From positions 14,446,001 through 14,510,000 of the forward strand of contig NC_043000.1 in the NCBI RefSeq assembly GCF_006345805.1: a DNA stretch of 64,000 nucleotides. Reading direction: 5' to 3'. This document shows, piece by piece, positions 12,584-24,917 of the stretch (its first letter is position 1; each line of letters starts with the position of its first letter). The stretch comes from Octopus sinensis. Lineage: Eukaryota. Below the pieces are notes generated by a model, which worked only from the letters and a program-made list of their open reading frames with translations, did not search any database and was not told the origin of the DNA. A program made the translations under genes and the position numbers.

Positions 12584-12820
12584 TGTATGTATGTATGTAT
12601 GTATGTATGTATTTGTGTGTCTGTGTTTGTCCCACCCACCATCACTTGACAGCCGATGTTGGTGTACTTATGTCCCTGTAACTTAGCAGTTCGGCAAAAG
12701 AGACTGATAAAATAAGTACTAGGCTTACAAAGAATCAGTTCTGGGTTCAGTTTGTTTGACTAAAGGCAGTGCTCCAGCATGGCCACAGTCATATGACTGA
12801 AACAAGCAAAAGAGTCAAGA
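11884..12820 (+). mobile_element. SINE group A interrupted by two group B SINEs (11911-12327) and a (TA)n-embedded insert (12441-12525)
   Basis: Head GGAGTGGCTGTGTGGTAAG, resumes at CTTGGGTAAGTGTCTTC, internal microsatellite, hairpin tail. Confidence 0.8.
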
Positions 12821-12827
12821 ATTAAAG

Positions 12828-12890
<63 letters not shown>

Positions 12891-13171
12891 TACATATACA
12901 TGTATGTATGTATGTGTGTGTATGTGTGTGTGTGTGTGTGTGTGCACATGAATGCGTTTGTATAATATACAATAGGTTTTCTGTGTACGTATATTTTAAC
13001 CAGGTTGGTATTACAAAGAGGTTCTTCACCGGTGTGAACTGAAAAAGAAGAGAAAAGAAAAGAAATAATTATTGGACAGCTTAAGATGAAGACAATAACA
13101 ATAAAGATGATAATGATGATGATGGTGATCAAGATAATGAGGGGAAGTTAATTATAACGAAGAGGTGGAAT

Positions 13172-13459
13172 ACAGTAGTAGTATTGGTAGTAGTAGTAGT
13201 AGTGGTGGTGGTGGTGTGGTGGTGGTGGTGGTGGTGTGGTGGTGGTGTGGTGGTGGTGGTAGTGGTTGTTGTGGTGGTGGTAGTAGTAGTAGTTGTGGTG
13301 GTTGTGTTGGTGGTAGTAGTAGTAGTAGTAGTTGTGGTGGTTGTGGTGGTGGTGGTAGTAGTAGTGGTTGTTGTTGTGGTGGTAGTAGTAGTAATAGTAG
13401 TAGTTGTGGTGGTTGTGGTGGTGGTTGTGGTGGTGGTGGTAGTAGTAGTTATGGTGGTT

Positions 13460-13494
<35 letters not shown>

Positions 13495-13495
13495 G
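13172..13495. repeat. (GGT/AGT)n compound microsatellite
   Basis: Directly visible. Confidence 0.97.
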
Positions 13496-13979
13496 GGGGA
13501 TGTGCTGTAACAGAATGTGTTGCTGTTTCCACCATTTGTTGGTGATTCCCTGCTGCTGGCAGATAACACCTTGCACCTCTCAGGTGACAACCCTCCAACC
13601 CATGGTGTCTGTTTGGGTTGTCGTTGCTGGTGAGGGTTTTAACGAGGTTGGGGTGCAGATTCTGCCTCAACCTCTTCTAGTTGCCTTTTACAACATGTAG
13701 AGGAAACATTGGGTCAATTCTTCGACATGCTGGTCCCCTCACAGCACTAGAGCAACATAAAATGAAGTGTTTTGCTCAAGAACACAACATGCCGCCCAGT
13801 CTTAGAATTGAACCCATGATCTGGCAATCATGAGTGCAGGACCCTAACTAATAGGTCACACATCTTCGCAATATGATAATGATGGCTATTAATTAAGGTT
13901 GAAAACCAGAAGCTTTGGATGCAGTGGATTGATTGATACCATTGACCCCTGTACTTGATTGGTACTTTATTTTACCTTA

Positions 13980-14141
13980 GGCGTAGGAGTGGCTGTGTGG
14001 TAAGTAGCTTGCTTACCAACCACATGGTTCCAGGTTCAGTCCCACTGTGTGGCAGCTTGGGCAAGTGTCTTCTACTGTAGCCTCAGGCTGACCAAAGCCT
14101 TGTGAGTGGATTTGGTAGACGGAAACTGAAAGAAGCCCGTC

Positions 14142-14185
<44 letters not shown>

Positions 14186-14355
14186 TATATATATGTATAT
14201 ATGTGTGTGTATTTGTGTGTCTGTGTTTGTCCCCCCAACATCGCTTGACAACCGATGCAATGAATAAGACCTGGGGTCGATTTGCTTGACTAAAGGCGGT
14301 GACTCCAGCATGGCTACAGTCAAATGACTGAAACAAGTAAAAGAGTAAAAGAGTA
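13980..14355 (+). mobile_element. SINE group A (internal deletion), nested in a decayed minus-strand group B SINE
   Basis: tRNA-like head, CTTGGGCAAGTGTCTT core, (TA)n(TG)n, tail GACTGAAACAAGT(AAAAGAGT)n. Confidence 0.85.
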
Positions 14356-14862
14356 CCACAAAAAGATGGAAGTCAAAGTTGGCCTTGGCAGAATTTGAAC
14401 TCCAGAATGTGCAGAGCTAGAAGAACCACTGCAAAGCATTTTGTTTCATGCTCTACTGACTCTGCTAATGAAGTGTCCTGAGAAGGACCATTACAGGACA
14501 GTAATGGTGATGAGGATGAGGACAATGGGGAGGATGATCATGCTGATCCTTTCTATAATGGTGTGGAAGAAGAAGGTAAGACCCCTGCCAGTGGATGACA
14601 AAGACAACAACCATGGCAACGATGACAACAATGATGATGATGACATCAAGCATGGTGGTGATAATGATGATATTTAATGTGCACATGTGCATGCAGAGTT
14701 GTAAGTACATGATATACTACACATTTCTTTGTATACACACATGTGTGCATGTGTGTGTAATTGTATGTATATATCTATAATATATAAATATATATTTGTT
14801 TATGTGTGTATGTGTACACATGAGCATATGAAATTGCAAGCATATAATATGTATTATTTCTT

Positions 14863-14899
<37 letters not shown>

Positions 14900-15229
14900 A
14901 GTAGGTGAATGAATTTTCCTAGCATGGAAAATTCGTTTAACCGATACCTGGGTAGCAAATTCATGTCAGAAAACACGGTTGAAGCGACCTGTCAAGGGTA
15001 GAAACTCCAGGTTCTTGTGTGGAAATTTGTGTTTTTTATATATATATATATATATATATAATAATCATTTGAGGGAATATTATTCCTAACTTACAGGGAA
15101 AAAATTCAATTTAGAAATACTAAATCAAATTTCACAAAATATAATATATATATATAAAAATTAGAAAAAATCATCATCACCACCACCACCACCACCACCA
15201 CCACCACCACCACCACCACCACCATCATC

Positions 15230-15270
<41 letters not shown>

Positions 15271-15884
15271 TATTACACATTCTGTGAAGGTGGTGAGCTG
15301 ACAGAAATGTTTAGCACACAGGGTAAAATGGTTAGCACCATTTTGTTCGTCTTTATGTTATGGGTTCAAATTCCACAAAGGTTATCTATAGTTTTCATCC
15401 TTTCAGGGTCAGTTAAGTAAGTACCAATTGAGCACTGGAGTTGATGCAACTGTCTTAGCCCCTCTCCTGTAATTGCTGGCCTTGTGCCAAAAATTGAATC
15501 TGTTATTATACACTGAGAAGTATATGTTATGCTTAATGGATTACATTTTGAATTTGCCAAGTGTTCACCTTTCTAATCAACTGGATTTTAATTGATGTTT
15601 ATTCAGTTAATGGAGTACTTACTATGCTAGCCAAGTTCTTACATGAAATGCTGACGAGGTGATAAGCCTGGATTATAATTATCTGCTCAAATTTTGTGTG
15701 TGTATTAAACATAGAAACTTTGCAACAGTATGGCTTCATTAGAAAAAGGCATTTGATTTTGTTCTTCACGCATGATTGCTGAAACTTGGAGTTTAGCAAA
15801 AGCATAGGCTGCCCTTTTTACTACCACTGAAAGGCTTATGAAGACCTCATCGTATATTCTAACACCAAATCTGCAGTGAATATT

Positions 15885-16119
15885 TATTTCTTTATTGCTC
15901 ACAAGGGGCTAAACATAGAGAGGACGAACAAGGACAGACAAAGGGATTAAGTCGATTACATCGACCCCCAGTGCGAAACTGGTACTTTTATTTATCGACC
16001 CTGAAAGGATGAAAGGCAAAGTCAACCTCGGCGGAATTTGAACTCAGAACGTAACGACAGACGAAATACCGCTAAGTATTCCACCCGGTGCGCTAACGTG
16101 TCTGCCAGCTCGCCGCCTT
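15885..16119 (-). mobile_element. SINE group B
   Basis: GGCGGCGAGCTGGCAGA...GAGTTCAAATTCC head, GCCTTTCATCCTTTC..GGTCGATAAA domain; 17-bp TSD aatctgcagtgaatatt. Confidence 0.92.
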
Positions 16120-16658
16120 AATCTGCAGTGAATATTGGTTAGATGCTAGGGTTGGCAGCACCAAGGATTACATATGGAACTCATGCCATAACTTCTTTGA
16201 TGATCTTAAGTTTTGCACTGGAAATATCTATCACCATCATCATCATCATCGTTTAACACCTGCTTTCCATGCTAGCATGTGTTGGACGGTTTGACTGAGG
16301 TCTGGCAAACCAGATGGCTGCACCAGGCTTCAATCTGGATCTGGCAGAGTTTCTACTGCTGGATGCTCTTCCTAACGCCAACCACTCCGAGAGTGTAGTG
16401 GGTACTTTTACGTGCCACCAACACGTGCTCAAATGGTGCTTTTATGTGCCAACTGCAAAGGAGCCAGTCCAGCGGTACTGGCAATGACCTCGCTCAAATG
16501 TTTTTTCACGTGAATGTTGCAAAACTGCTGGAATTACAAACAACATTTTGATCTGATTTAGAGATTGAATATGGCCAAAAGGTATGTTTATGCATGATAA
16601 ACTGGGCATGGGAAAACTGCTTTCCAAGCCAAAAACATTAATATTAATGGTCACTCTA

Positions 16659-16871
16659 AGATGGCAAGCTGTCAGAATCATTAGTTTGCCGGACAAAACA
16701 TTTAGCACCATTTTGTCTGTCTTTATGTTCTGAATCCATACTCTGTTGAGATAGATTTTGCCTTTTGTCCTTTTGGAATTGACAAAATAAGTACCAATTG
16801 AACACTGGGGTCGATGTAATCAACGTATCCCCACCCCCAGAATTGCTGGCCTTGATCCAAAATTCGAAATC
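16659..16871 (+). mobile_element. SINE group B (older variant tail)
   Basis: 19-bp TSD aatattaatggtcactcta at 16640-16658 and 16872-16890. Confidence 0.85.
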
Positions 16872-16988
16872 AATATTAATGGTCACTCTATCTTTGCTGT
16901 TTTATACAATGTGTGTTACAAATACTGAGGTACGTATCCCAAAATATTGCTTAGAACAAAGAATATTGCATCAGAAGAAAATATAGCA

Positions 16989-17397
16989 TTACTGTTTTAC
17001 TGTTTTACTTGTTTCAGTCATTTGACTGCGGCCATGCTGGAGCACCGCCTTTAGTCCAAGCAAATCGACCCCAGGACTTATTCTTTGTAAGCCTAGTACT
17101 TATTCTATCGGTCTCTTTTGCCGAACCGCTAAGTTACGGGGATGTTAACACACCAGCATCGGTTGTCAAGCGATGTTGGAGGTGGGACAAACACAGACAC
17201 ACTAACACTCACACATATACATCTATATACATACATGCGATGGGCTTCTTTCAGTTTCCGTCTACCAAATCCACTTACTGGGCTTTGGTCGGCCCAAGGC
17301 TATAGAAGATGACACTCGCCCAAAGTGCCACGCAGTGGAACTGAACCCAGAACCATGTGGTTGGTAAGCAAGCTACTTACCACACAGCCACTCCTAC
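16989..17397 (-). mobile_element. SINE group A, full length
   Basis: Complete head-core-microsatellite-tail structure. Confidence 0.9.
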
Positions 17398-17987
17398 ATT
17401 TGAAGTACCAGCACCAATACCAACATCTGAGATACAGAAGCGGAATAAGTGGAATTACCATAAACTTGAGAATATTGCCAATATTGACAAAAAATGAAAC
17501 TTCTTTTAGACTTGTGACTGCTACATCATGTCACATTATTTCATTAGTATATTTGGTTATTAGCCAAAGTTGCATGAAGCAGTGTTCAATAAAATATATT
17601 TGTATAAAGTCATATTTAATACATTGAAGTACACTCGATGTGGGAACACCGGTTGCTGCAGAAGCAGTCTCAGAAGAAAATTCTCCTCCTAGATGACATT
17701 TAGAGCAGGTATGTCAACTATTACAGTTCCAGATTGAAACAGTCATCAAAGCTGAAGGTGGATTCATAGAATAATCTTATAAAAAAGCTTTGTTGGAAAA
17801 TGTGTACAATCCTTTTATAAAAATACATTTTGTTTTTGCTAGACTAGAGTTGTTTTATCAAATTATCAAATACATCCTCAAAATACTTTTCACACTCCTT
17901 ACATACGCATACACAATTTTTTTTTATTTTGCTAAAGAATTATTGTGTGTTCAAAAACATTGGATTTCTCACTCCTTATATCAAATT

Positions 17988-18304
17988 TTTTGTTATTGCC
18001 CTTTTCAAGCCTAGCCAGGTTTATGGGCCCGGTTTCCTGGTTTCCCGGTTTCTGTGGCATATGTGTTCCCCCCAGCTGGGTGGGACGCCAGTCCATCGCA
18101 GCATTATTCAAGAAACAGGAAGAGAGGGTGAGAGAAAGTTGTGGTGAAAGAGTACAACAGGGGTTCCCCCCCCCCTGCCAGAGCCTCATGGAGCCTTTAG
18201 GTATTTTTGCTCAATAAACACACACGACGCCTGGTCTGGGAATCAAAACCACAATCCTCCGACCGCAAGTCCACTGCCCTAACCACTAGGCCATTGCGTC
18301 TCCA
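17988..18304 (-). mobile_element. SINE group D (head 1 + tail 1)
   Basis: tRNA-like head GGAGACGCAATGGCCTAGTGGTTAGGG; 13-bp TSD cttatatcaaatt. Confidence 0.9.
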
Positions 18305-18668
18305 CTTATATCAAATTAACTCATTGTAATTTATTTTCATCTTTGAACTTACTTTTGCATTAACTTTTGCTGATACAGACCACTACTAATTCTTTGGATC
18401 ATCTTACCTTATAATAACTCTGTACAACCTATACATTCACCAAAACTATTTTTGAAAGACTGAACTAGGGTTGAAGATAGACTACACATATTTTCAAATA
18501 AACTGTGAATGCAGCCACAAAAATATTTGAAAGACACTGAACAGTGAATAACTGGGTGAGAATCGAAAACTGTGTCTCCACATTGATATTCTCAGTCATT
18601 TCAATCTCAATGAATGATAATGCGAAAGGGGTATACAATTCCTCTGAGACCAGTTGTTGTTATATATA

Positions 18669-18977
18669 TAACGTCACCCTTTTCAAGCCTAGCCAGGCTC
18701 ATGGGCCCGTTTTCCCGGTTTCTGTGGCATATGTGTTCCCCCCAGCTGGACAGGATGCCAGTCCATTGCAGCGTTACTCAAGAAACAGGAAGAGAGGGTG
18801 AGAGAAAGTTGTGGCGAAAGAGCACAAAAGGGGTCGCCACCACCCCCTGCCGGAGCCTCATGGAGCTTTTAGGTGTTTTCGCCCAATAAACACACACAAT
18901 GCCTGGTCTGGGAATCGAAACCGCAATCCTCCAACTGTGAGTCCACTGCCCTAACCACTTGGCCATTGCACCTCCAC
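18669..18977 (-). mobile_element. SINE group D (head 1 + tail 1)
   Basis: Homologous to the 17988 copy; 11-bp TSD tgttatatata. Confidence 0.9.
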
Positions 18978-19721
18978 TGTTATATATAAGTTCAATTTCA
19001 ATAGAGTAAGCCTATGATCTAAAGCATCCTGATCAAGGTCATCCTATCCTTTTTAAGGATATATAGGGCTATATTATCTAATGGGCTCTTCCCTTTGTGG
19101 TGTGATTTAAAGGAGATTTAGCCGCTACTTCAAGCAAGTCAAATGACCACTTGGATGCTCCCTCATTGGCTTATGTGAGAAAAGGTGTACACCTAGATAG
19201 TATAAACTGTGAAGCTATAAGCTAGATTAAGTAAATGGCAGCTGTTACTACTCTGAAGTTACCATTGAAATCATGTATCAGTGAGCAACATGTCTCACAG
19301 TTGAGCTTAATTAAATAATGTTTGAAAATCTACTTAGCCATCAGTCTTCCACTTGCTTGGTTATCAGTAATTATCTTCGTAGCCCACAGTGAGTGTTTCT
19401 CAGGATATTTTCTATGAGTAAAGACATGTTAAAACAAGACACCTGCCTTTGCTTTAATTATTTATGACTGCCAGATAACCGAATGCCAGAAACTTCTAGT
19501 AATGTATCATTCGAGTCATTATGTTACAAATGATGATATTGTTACAGACATAGCCGCAGCAACCAGGGCGAGTTCAGCTTCTCCATAAATCAGTCAAACT
19601 GCTAATTATGAGTTCAAACATTCCTCGTGACTCATATCTTTCTTCAACAGTCTTGAATGCTAGGAAGACGTATTTCAAGTTCTAATCATCCCGATGACAA
19701 CTAAAAGTTTAACTAAATAAG

Positions 19722-20291
19722 TATTGGGTTGTCCGGAAAGTTCATGCCCATTTTTAAAGGAAAGAAAAAGCTCAATAAATATTTGCCATTACATTTTTAT
19801 TCAACCAAATATGAACCATTTTGTTGCACAATTCGTCTCCATCTTTCCTTTAAATTGAAAATATCCTCTTCCCAGAATTGAGGGGGTTTCATGGCAAAGA
19901 ATTCATCAAGGTATCTTTTTACGTCATCCAGAGAATTGAAATTTTTACCATTAAGACTATTCTGCAGAGACCTGAATAAGTGGAAATCCGAAGGAGCAAT
20001 ATCTGGTGAATATGGAGGGTGGGGTAACACATCCCAGCCGAGCTGCAGCAATTTTTGTCTGGTTCCCAAAGCATCAAGTGCCGAAAATGAACTTACTTAT
20101 CTTCCATTTTAAAGGGTTACAGAATTAACAGAGGTTATAGGAACATAAATCTTCTTCCACGAAAAGATAGCTTAAACTGTGCTCTAAATGGAGGTGTAGT
20201 CAAATCCTATTTTATGGACTCAACCATGTTCTAAAATAAGTTGAAAGGTTAGCTACTATAAATTGGCATGAACTTTCCAGACAACCCAATA
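19722..20291 (-). mobile_element. internally deleted mariner, copy 1
   Basis: TA TSD, TIR TTGGGTTGTC.GGAAAGTTC; HPPYSPDIAPSDFHLF motif. Confidence 0.93.
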
Positions 20292-20715
20292 GTATATCAC
20301 TGTTATACATCTGATAAGCTGACCTGCCAATTTTTTATTCCAGATTGAAAGGAATAGCTGTAACAGTACATTGGACACACCTTACCTAAACACTGCTTAA
20401 CAGAGCTGACTAGTTTTCATTCACACCAAGATTGATTTACAGGAATCACTTCATAGTTAATTACATTTCTTTCTTATCTGAAGTTATCAAGATTTCTCTC
20501 CGTTAAGGCCCCACTCTCACCCTGAAAGTCTAAAAGACTTTGCAAAAAGGTTGCGAGCACTTTTTGAGTTAGCCATAAAAGAAATCAAAATAGGTAAGCT
20601 ACAGTTTTATGGTCCCCTGACACACTTATTGACATTCATATTTATCTGACGCTCTCTCTTCTTTCTTTATTTAATCTGTCTAATCTTATGCTTCTCAGAC
20701 CCCCTTTTAAATATT

Positions 20716-21157
20716 GGCAGAACCGTTAGCACATTGGGCGAAATGCATAGCCATATTTCGTCTGCCGTTACGTTCTGAGTTCAAATTCCACCGAGGTCGA
20801 CTTTGCCTTTCATCCTTTCAGGGTCGATTAAATAAGTACCAGTTACACACTGGGGTCGATGTAATCGACTTAATTCGTTTGTCTGTCCTTGTCTGTCTCC
20901 TCTATGTTTAGCCCCTTGTGGGCAATAAAGAAATATTATTACACTAGATTAGCACGCCGGGCGAAATGCGTAGCCGTATTTCGTCTGCCGTTACGTTCTG
21001 AGTTCAAATTCCGCCGAGGTCGACTTTGCCTTTCATCCTTTTGGAGTCGATTAAATAAGTACCAGTTATGCACTGCGGTCGATGTAATCGACTTAATTCG
21101 TTTGTCTGTCCTTGTCTGTCTCTTCTATGTTTAGCCTCTTGTGGGTAGTAAAGAAAC
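20716..21157 (+). mobile_element. two tandem group B SINEs
   Basis: Two successive copies ending ..TAAAGAAA. Confidence 0.88.
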
Positions 21158-21402
21158 AAAAAAAAATATTACTCCTTTTCTTTTACTAACACTTTTGCAA
21201 TACCCCTTGTCCTCATTCCCTCGTCCTCTTTTGATGTACCCATGCAGGAATATCAGACCAAAGTAATTTAGTTTCAGATATTAGTTTGATATGGGTGACT
21301 ATTTTCCACAGCATCATCTCTATGATAAGCGAACATTTAGTGTATCATCACTTGACCTGAGTTATTGACCCAACCCTTAGCATATGGCTTCAGCCAGTAC
21401 CC

Positions 21403-21795
21403 TTTACTCTTTACTCTTTTACTTGTTTCAGTCATTTGACTGTGGCCATCCTGGAGCACCGCCTTTAGTCGAGCAAATCGACCCGGGGACTTATTCTTTG
21501 TAAGCCTACTACTTATTCTATCGGTCTCTTATGTCGAACTGCTAAGTTACGGGGACGTAAACACACCAGCATCGGTTGTCAAGCGATGTTGGGTGGGACA
21601 AACATATACACAGACATATACATATATATACATATATATGATGAGCTTCTTTCATTTTCTGTCTACCAAATCCACTCACAAGGCTTTGGTCAGCCCAAGG
21701 CTATAGTAGAAAACACTTGCCCAAGGTGCAACACTGGGACTGAACCCGGAACCTTGTGGTTGGTAAGCAAGCTACTTACAACACAGCCACTCCTA
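21403..21795 (-). mobile_element. SINE group A, full length
   Basis: (TTTTACTC)n tail through to head. Confidence 0.9.
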
Positions 21796-22289
21796 TGCCT
21801 TTATGTATTATCCTTTATATAGTATCCCCCTCAATCCCCTTCAACCCCTGTTCTAATATTAATAATTTTCACTGCTCCCCAGGAGGTGGTATCACTGACT
21901 TAATCTACCTACCCACCTTCATATCACAATTATCCATGGTACTTATCTCTATTTTGCATACTGTTAAGTGGACATGAGGATGTGAGGTCTTCCAGAATAG
22001 GATATAGTCAGATAAAAGTAGCTTTACCTTTGGGAGAATGGAAGAATTTGAACCTTACACTGCAAGCCAACATATTTATGAAGGAGCTTCTATGTAATCA
22101 CCCAGCTTGCTAGATAATTTGCCCAATTTCCTAGGATTATAACTTACTGTCTTAAATAAGGAAAGAGTACATTTGGTTATTAACAAATAGTTCTACATGC
22201 CTCTAAAAGTCTATTTTGTCTTCTTCTGAATAAAAATTAGGGTAAACAATTTCCCTATGTTATGATGGTAGATTGGCTCTATCTATTTA

Positions 22290-22677
22290 CTAGTAGTATA
22301 ACTCAGCGTTGATTGGGTTTGTTTCAACCCTTTAGAATTAGAATTTTTGAAAGTAAAAATTTTGCATTATGTAGCTTGTTATTCTTTTTAAGTGAACATT
22401 TTTCTAGTTGAAATACACCGAAAAAAGGCAACACAGCAGTCAAAAAATCGTAAAAAATAGGGGATTTTCAAAGAAAAAATGCACCTTTTTGATGTAAATA
22501 ATTTTTGGTGTTAACATGGTCCGATTTGAATTTTTTCTTCTATGGAAGGAAGATCAAGCCTTCTTCTATCATACTCTCAATTTTGGTCAACTTGCGCTGC
22601 AGGGTCTCGGAGGAGATAGTATTAGTTGAAGGCTACCAAACCTGCCATACACAGACAACTTCAGCTTTATATATAGA
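22290..22677 (-). mobile_element. non-autonomous Helitron (family 2)
   Basis: TC...CTAG termini; reverse complement of 27187-27588. Confidence 0.8.
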
Positions 22678-23120
22678 TGTAGCTGTGTGTTTAGGAAGCT
22701 TGCTTCCCAACCATGTGGTCTTGGGTTCAGTTCAGTCTAACTGCACAGTACCTTGGGCAAGTATCTTTTGCTATAGCCCTGAGCTGACTAAAGCCTTGTG
22801 AGTGTATTTCGTAGATGGAAACTGAAAGAAGCCTGTCACTGTGTGTGTGTTTGTGTGTACCATTGTCTAAGCATCACGTGATGGCTGTGAATGAGCATCA
22901 TCATCATCATCATCATACATTTAAAATTAATATATTTCCAGTCTTCTGTGCAAAACATGTCTAGGTATGGGGAAAATAATACCTTGCTTGGAAACAGGTA
23001 AGGGCTGGTAACAGGAAGGGTATCGAGCTGTAGAAAATCAGCTCCAATAAATGCTCTATCGGCCCCTTTCAAGCATGAAAAAGAGGACATTAAATAATGA
23101 TGACGATGATGATGATGATG
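22678..23120 (+). mobile_element. SINE with group A head and RTE-type (GAT)n tail
   Basis: Group A head and core, then AGGAAGGG.ATC.AGCTGTAGAAA...AGCATG...GGACATTAAA(GAT)n as in the RTE 3' UTR. Confidence 0.7.
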
Positions 23121-23237
23121 GTGGTGGTGGTGATGATGCTGATGATGATGATGGTGGTGGTGGTGGTGGTGGTGGTGGTGGTGGCGGAGCGGCGGCGGCG
23201 GCGACGACGATGACTATTATTATTATTATTATTATTA

Positions 23238-23274
<37 letters not shown>

Positions 23275-23403
23275 TTTATCAATTTGAGAACAGCTACTTT
23301 ATTAGGCAAGGCATAGTGTCATGAAAAGGGTTTCTTTGTTATTTCCAGTCAGAATAAAAGATTATAATAACTGGGTATGACTTACCTTTCGAAATCTGTG
23401 TTC

Positions 23404-24303
23404 TCAATCCTCATTGTAAACAATATGTACAGCTATATCTGTTTGTAAGGGTTGGTCTGAGTATTCAATAAAGGGAGCAACTGGCTCCTCAGGTTCACTG
23501 TCCTCAACCCCAATAAGCCAGTTTATAATCCGTTCATCGGTATCATCCACACGATTACTACCTGGTTGGTTTTTTTTGTTCTCTGTTGTGACTTTCTTAT
23601 TAATACTCTTCCCTGCTCTGGTAAAACTTCGAGCTAATGGTTTCGATGTAAACCCCCGGGCAGTGTTTGGTGCTTTTTTACTTTGTTTACTGGCTCCAGC
23701 ATTTAGTAACTGCCTGGGGGAGGATAAACTTGTGATATTAGACAGTCTGGGGGAATTCAGTCCAGAGCTGGGCTTGTTGGGAAAACCGTTATCTCTTAGG
23801 CTACACAATGAGTTGAAGCTTTTTATTGGAATAATGCTATTTTCAGTTTGACTACTTCCAGATTCAGCCGTGGCCTTACCTCTTGACCCCAATGTTTTTG
23901 TTGAAACACAAGCAGATCGTGGTGTCTTCAGTCTCGAAGTTGATGATATTGTAGGTGTACTGTAGCTATGAACCAACGTTGGTCTCTTTGTTGAACCATT
24001 ATATAAACCCTTTTGTTTGCTTTGTGCTGAAGTTGGGACCAACTGATGAGTCCTAGGGCTTCTGAAGTCTCTTGCACTTGAGATGGTTTTGTCACCGGGT
24101 GGGGGAGTCTTTTTTCTACAGTCAGAAGAGATTTGACTTAAAGGGGGATATTTACCCCCATTTTTAGACCCCACATTTTTAGACACCACTTCAGATTTCC
24201 ATGTGTTTAAACTCTGTGTCATTTTTTTGGTCCGTGTTTCAATAAGAGGCCGTGAATTTTGTGGTGCTATTGAGAGAATCAGTGGTAAATCTACCGAGGT
24301 CAT
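23404..24303 (-). CDS. uncharacterised 299-aa protein; Ser/Thr/Lys/Pro-rich, probably disordered, with an ordered acidic C-terminal motif
   Basis: Only long non-repeat ORF; in-frame TAA 6 nt before the ATG; lies in a predicted exon 24401-23386 with acceptor tttttcttgcacAG and donor AAG|GTAAGT; C-terminus DERIINWLIGVE...QTDIAVHIVYNED. Confidence 0.8.
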   Translation of the reverse strand: MTSVDLPLILSIAPQNSRPLIETRTKKMTQSLNTWKSEVVSKNVGSKNGGKYPPLSQISSDCRKKTPPPGDKTISSARDFRSPRTHQLVPTSAQSKQKGLYNGSTKRPTLVHSYSTPTISSTSRLKTPRSACVSTKTLGSRGKATAESGSSQTENSIIPIKSFNSLCSLRDNGFPNKPSSGLNSPRLSNITSLSSPRQLLNAGASKQSKKAPNTARGFTSKPLARSFTRAGKSINKKVTTENKKNQPGSNRVDDTDERIINWLIGVEDSEPEEPVAPFIEYSDQPLQTDIAVHIVYNED

Positions 24304-24643
24304 TCTTTAGTCATAGGGCAAAAATGGTTAAACAGCAAAATCTCCATCCATTGAGCAGGACATCAGTGAGCAGCTGGCAAATTTCCAATCCAAAAGCAAT
24401 TCTGTGCAAGAAAAAGTAAAACAATTTAAATCTTTAATTTTTAATTTGAAGAATTTATTTCTACTCAAAGGAATGTATATAACCATGTAACTTACCCACT
24501 CATCCACCTAACAGTCTGTCTGTCTTTCTATCTGTCAGTCAATCTAACTATTTATAGTTCAAATTGACAGAAAACAAAAGACAGACAGGTGTAGGAACAA
24601 TAAGCATCTGTATTAGTTTAATGCTCGGGAAGAATGGAAAATT

Positions 24644-24679
24644 CTTTTATGTTTCGAACCTATGCTCCTCGACAGAAAG
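24644..24679 (-). ncRNA. minimal type-I hammerhead-like motif, A6U core (decayed)
   Basis: cttt-CTGTCGA-g-gagc(atag)gttc-GAAA-ca-TA-aaag. Confidence 0.55.
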
Positions 24680-24881
24680 GATTAAGAGAAAAAAAAAAAG
24701 GAGAGAGAAAAACATGTGTAGGTATTAGTGGTTCAACATGATGAAATAACCAGAAGTAAGAGGCTACGTATGTATGTATGTATGTATGTATAGTTCAAAG
24801 TTACAGAAAACGAAAGACAAAGACAGGTGTGGGAACAACAACCAGCTGTATTAGTTTAACGGTTGAGAAGAATGGAAAAGT

Positions 24882-24917
24882 CTTTTACATTTTGAGCTTC
24901 TGCTCTTCAACAGAAAG
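24882..24917 (-). ncRNA. minimal type-I hammerhead-like motif, A6U core (decayed)
   Basis: cttt-CTGTTGA-a-gagc(agaa)gctc-AAAA-tg-TA-aaag; both defects are CpG-type transitions. Confidence 0.45.

Noticed and set aside
13129-13590. Gly/Cys/Ser-, His/Tyr- and Thr-rich ORFs resembling structural proteins
   Set aside because: Open in several frames on both strands because the DNA is a stop-free trinucleotide microsatellite
17700-17790. FQIETVIKAEGGFIE peptide resembling a Tc1/mariner-superfamily C-terminus
   Set aside because: Too short and ends undefined; not listed as a feature
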